Of a stretch of DNA of 64,000 nt, positions 62,942-64,000 are shown one piece after another. This DNA is from Narcine bancroftii. Its lineage: Eukaryota. Both the position numbers and the translations under genes were made by a program. The notes under the pieces are model-generated. The model did not search any database and was not told where the DNA came from. It saw only the letters and a program-made list of their open reading frames with translations. Each line of letters opens with the position of its first letter. The first letter of the stretch is position 1. Where the stretch lies: NCBI RefSeq assembly GCF_036971445.1, contig NC_091471.1, positions 303,614,001 to 303,678,000 of the forward strand, written 5' to 3'.

Positions 62942-63849
62942 GTTTGTAAGTGTTGCTGTGCGAATAATTCTGTCGCAAAGTCCACAGACTGTACAACAGG
63001 CTTCAGTTAGCTTAAACTTGTACACACCAGTCTCAGTATCTTTGCTGGCTCCACGTGTCTGACTGTCCCCGCAGGGGCCGGCTCAAGTCTTTGTATGGCC
63101 AACAGATGGGGCCAGCCTCCCAGGTTGTCTACCTGCAGGTAGAGTGGATGCCCCCTGAAGTAGGCTGGTAGGAGTGTGGCCAGTGTAGTGGTTGTATCAC
63201 CACAAAGTTAAAAATTTTAAAGATTATTCATCCCTCTGTTTCGTGCCAGCTCCCAGTCCCATGTCCCATCTCTTCGTATTTTCTTGTACTCCAGCAAATT
63301 CATCTTTCTCAGTCATGTACAACAACCGTCCTTTCATTCATATCTTTCCATTGTCATTACCCTGCATTATGTTTAGCCTATTACCCTACCAGTACTTCTT
63401 TGGCATCTGGAAGGAAATTCATGGTGCAGGGAAGATGTGGGGGTGGTGTGAGAGCACACAGTGCATGACCCAGAAGGGCTAGGGCTTTCCCATAGATACT
63501 GGTTAGAATGAGTTCATGAAAATAGAGGTGTCCCATCACATTTCTCTGCAACTGGAATGATGTTAGTGAACTATTGCACTTGGGAGCAATGCATTTTGTG
63601 TTGAAATGTGTACCATGGAATTGACGATTATGCTATCACTGAGACAGAACTCTGGAGTATGACTGAAGCTAGCAGGAAATGTTTTCATTTCTTTTTTATA
63701 CTTCCTTGTTTTGGAAAATGATGCTGGGGTATGGTGACTTTTTTGCCAGTCTTTGAATGGGCCTGTGAAAGAAAGCTTTTTCATTGTCTCTCAGCGAATG
63801 TGACAATAATAAATAGATATAAATCTACTTTCCATTAATGGCTGGGACA

Positions 63850-64000
63850 GGGAATACAAAGGAGAGATGTTAGGATGCATAATTGTATAAATCATGCATT
63901 AGATCACACCTGGAGTACTGTGTACAGTTTTGGTTGTCACGGTATAAGCTGTGAGGTTGCAGAGGGAGATTCACCAGGATGTGGCCAAGAAGGAATATCT
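63850..64000 (+). mobile_element. CR1 3' fragment running off the window
   Basis: cacctggagtactgtgtacagttttgg (HLEYCVQFW) and gcagagggagattcaccagg. Confidence 0.75.

Overview
This is not prokaryotic DNA. It is AT-rich, repeat-dense vertebrate non-coding sequence (intergenic or a large intron) with three assembly gaps. The repeat repertoire points to a cartilaginous fish, probably a ray or skate (inference): tRNA-derived V-SINE/HE1-like SINEs, Deu-domain-like SINEs, CR1, Rex1/Babar-like, L1, RTE and Penelope-like retroposons, BEL/Pao and Gypsy remnants, and hAT and Harbinger MITEs. I cannot recognise any host protein-coding gene. Every recognisable ORF is a transposon fragment, and the rest of the ORF track is mostly noise. 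There is no CRISPR array, rRNA or tRNA gene, and I found no convincing new multi-gene system. The most interesting signals concern retrotransposition mechanics and can be read directly at the junctions: (1) an L1 with a twin-priming-type 5' inversion, nested in an RTE copy; (2) a 23-bp insert carrying the exact L1 5' terminus between 17-bp direct repeats; (3) a very young RTE family whose long copies sit in TA sites and carry new microsatellites at their 5' junctions; (4) multi-level nested insertions with intact TSDs; (5) palindromic Penelope remnants with decayed hammerhead-like motifs. Boundaries without a quoted TSD or TIR are approximate, and family names come from motif recognition, not a database search.
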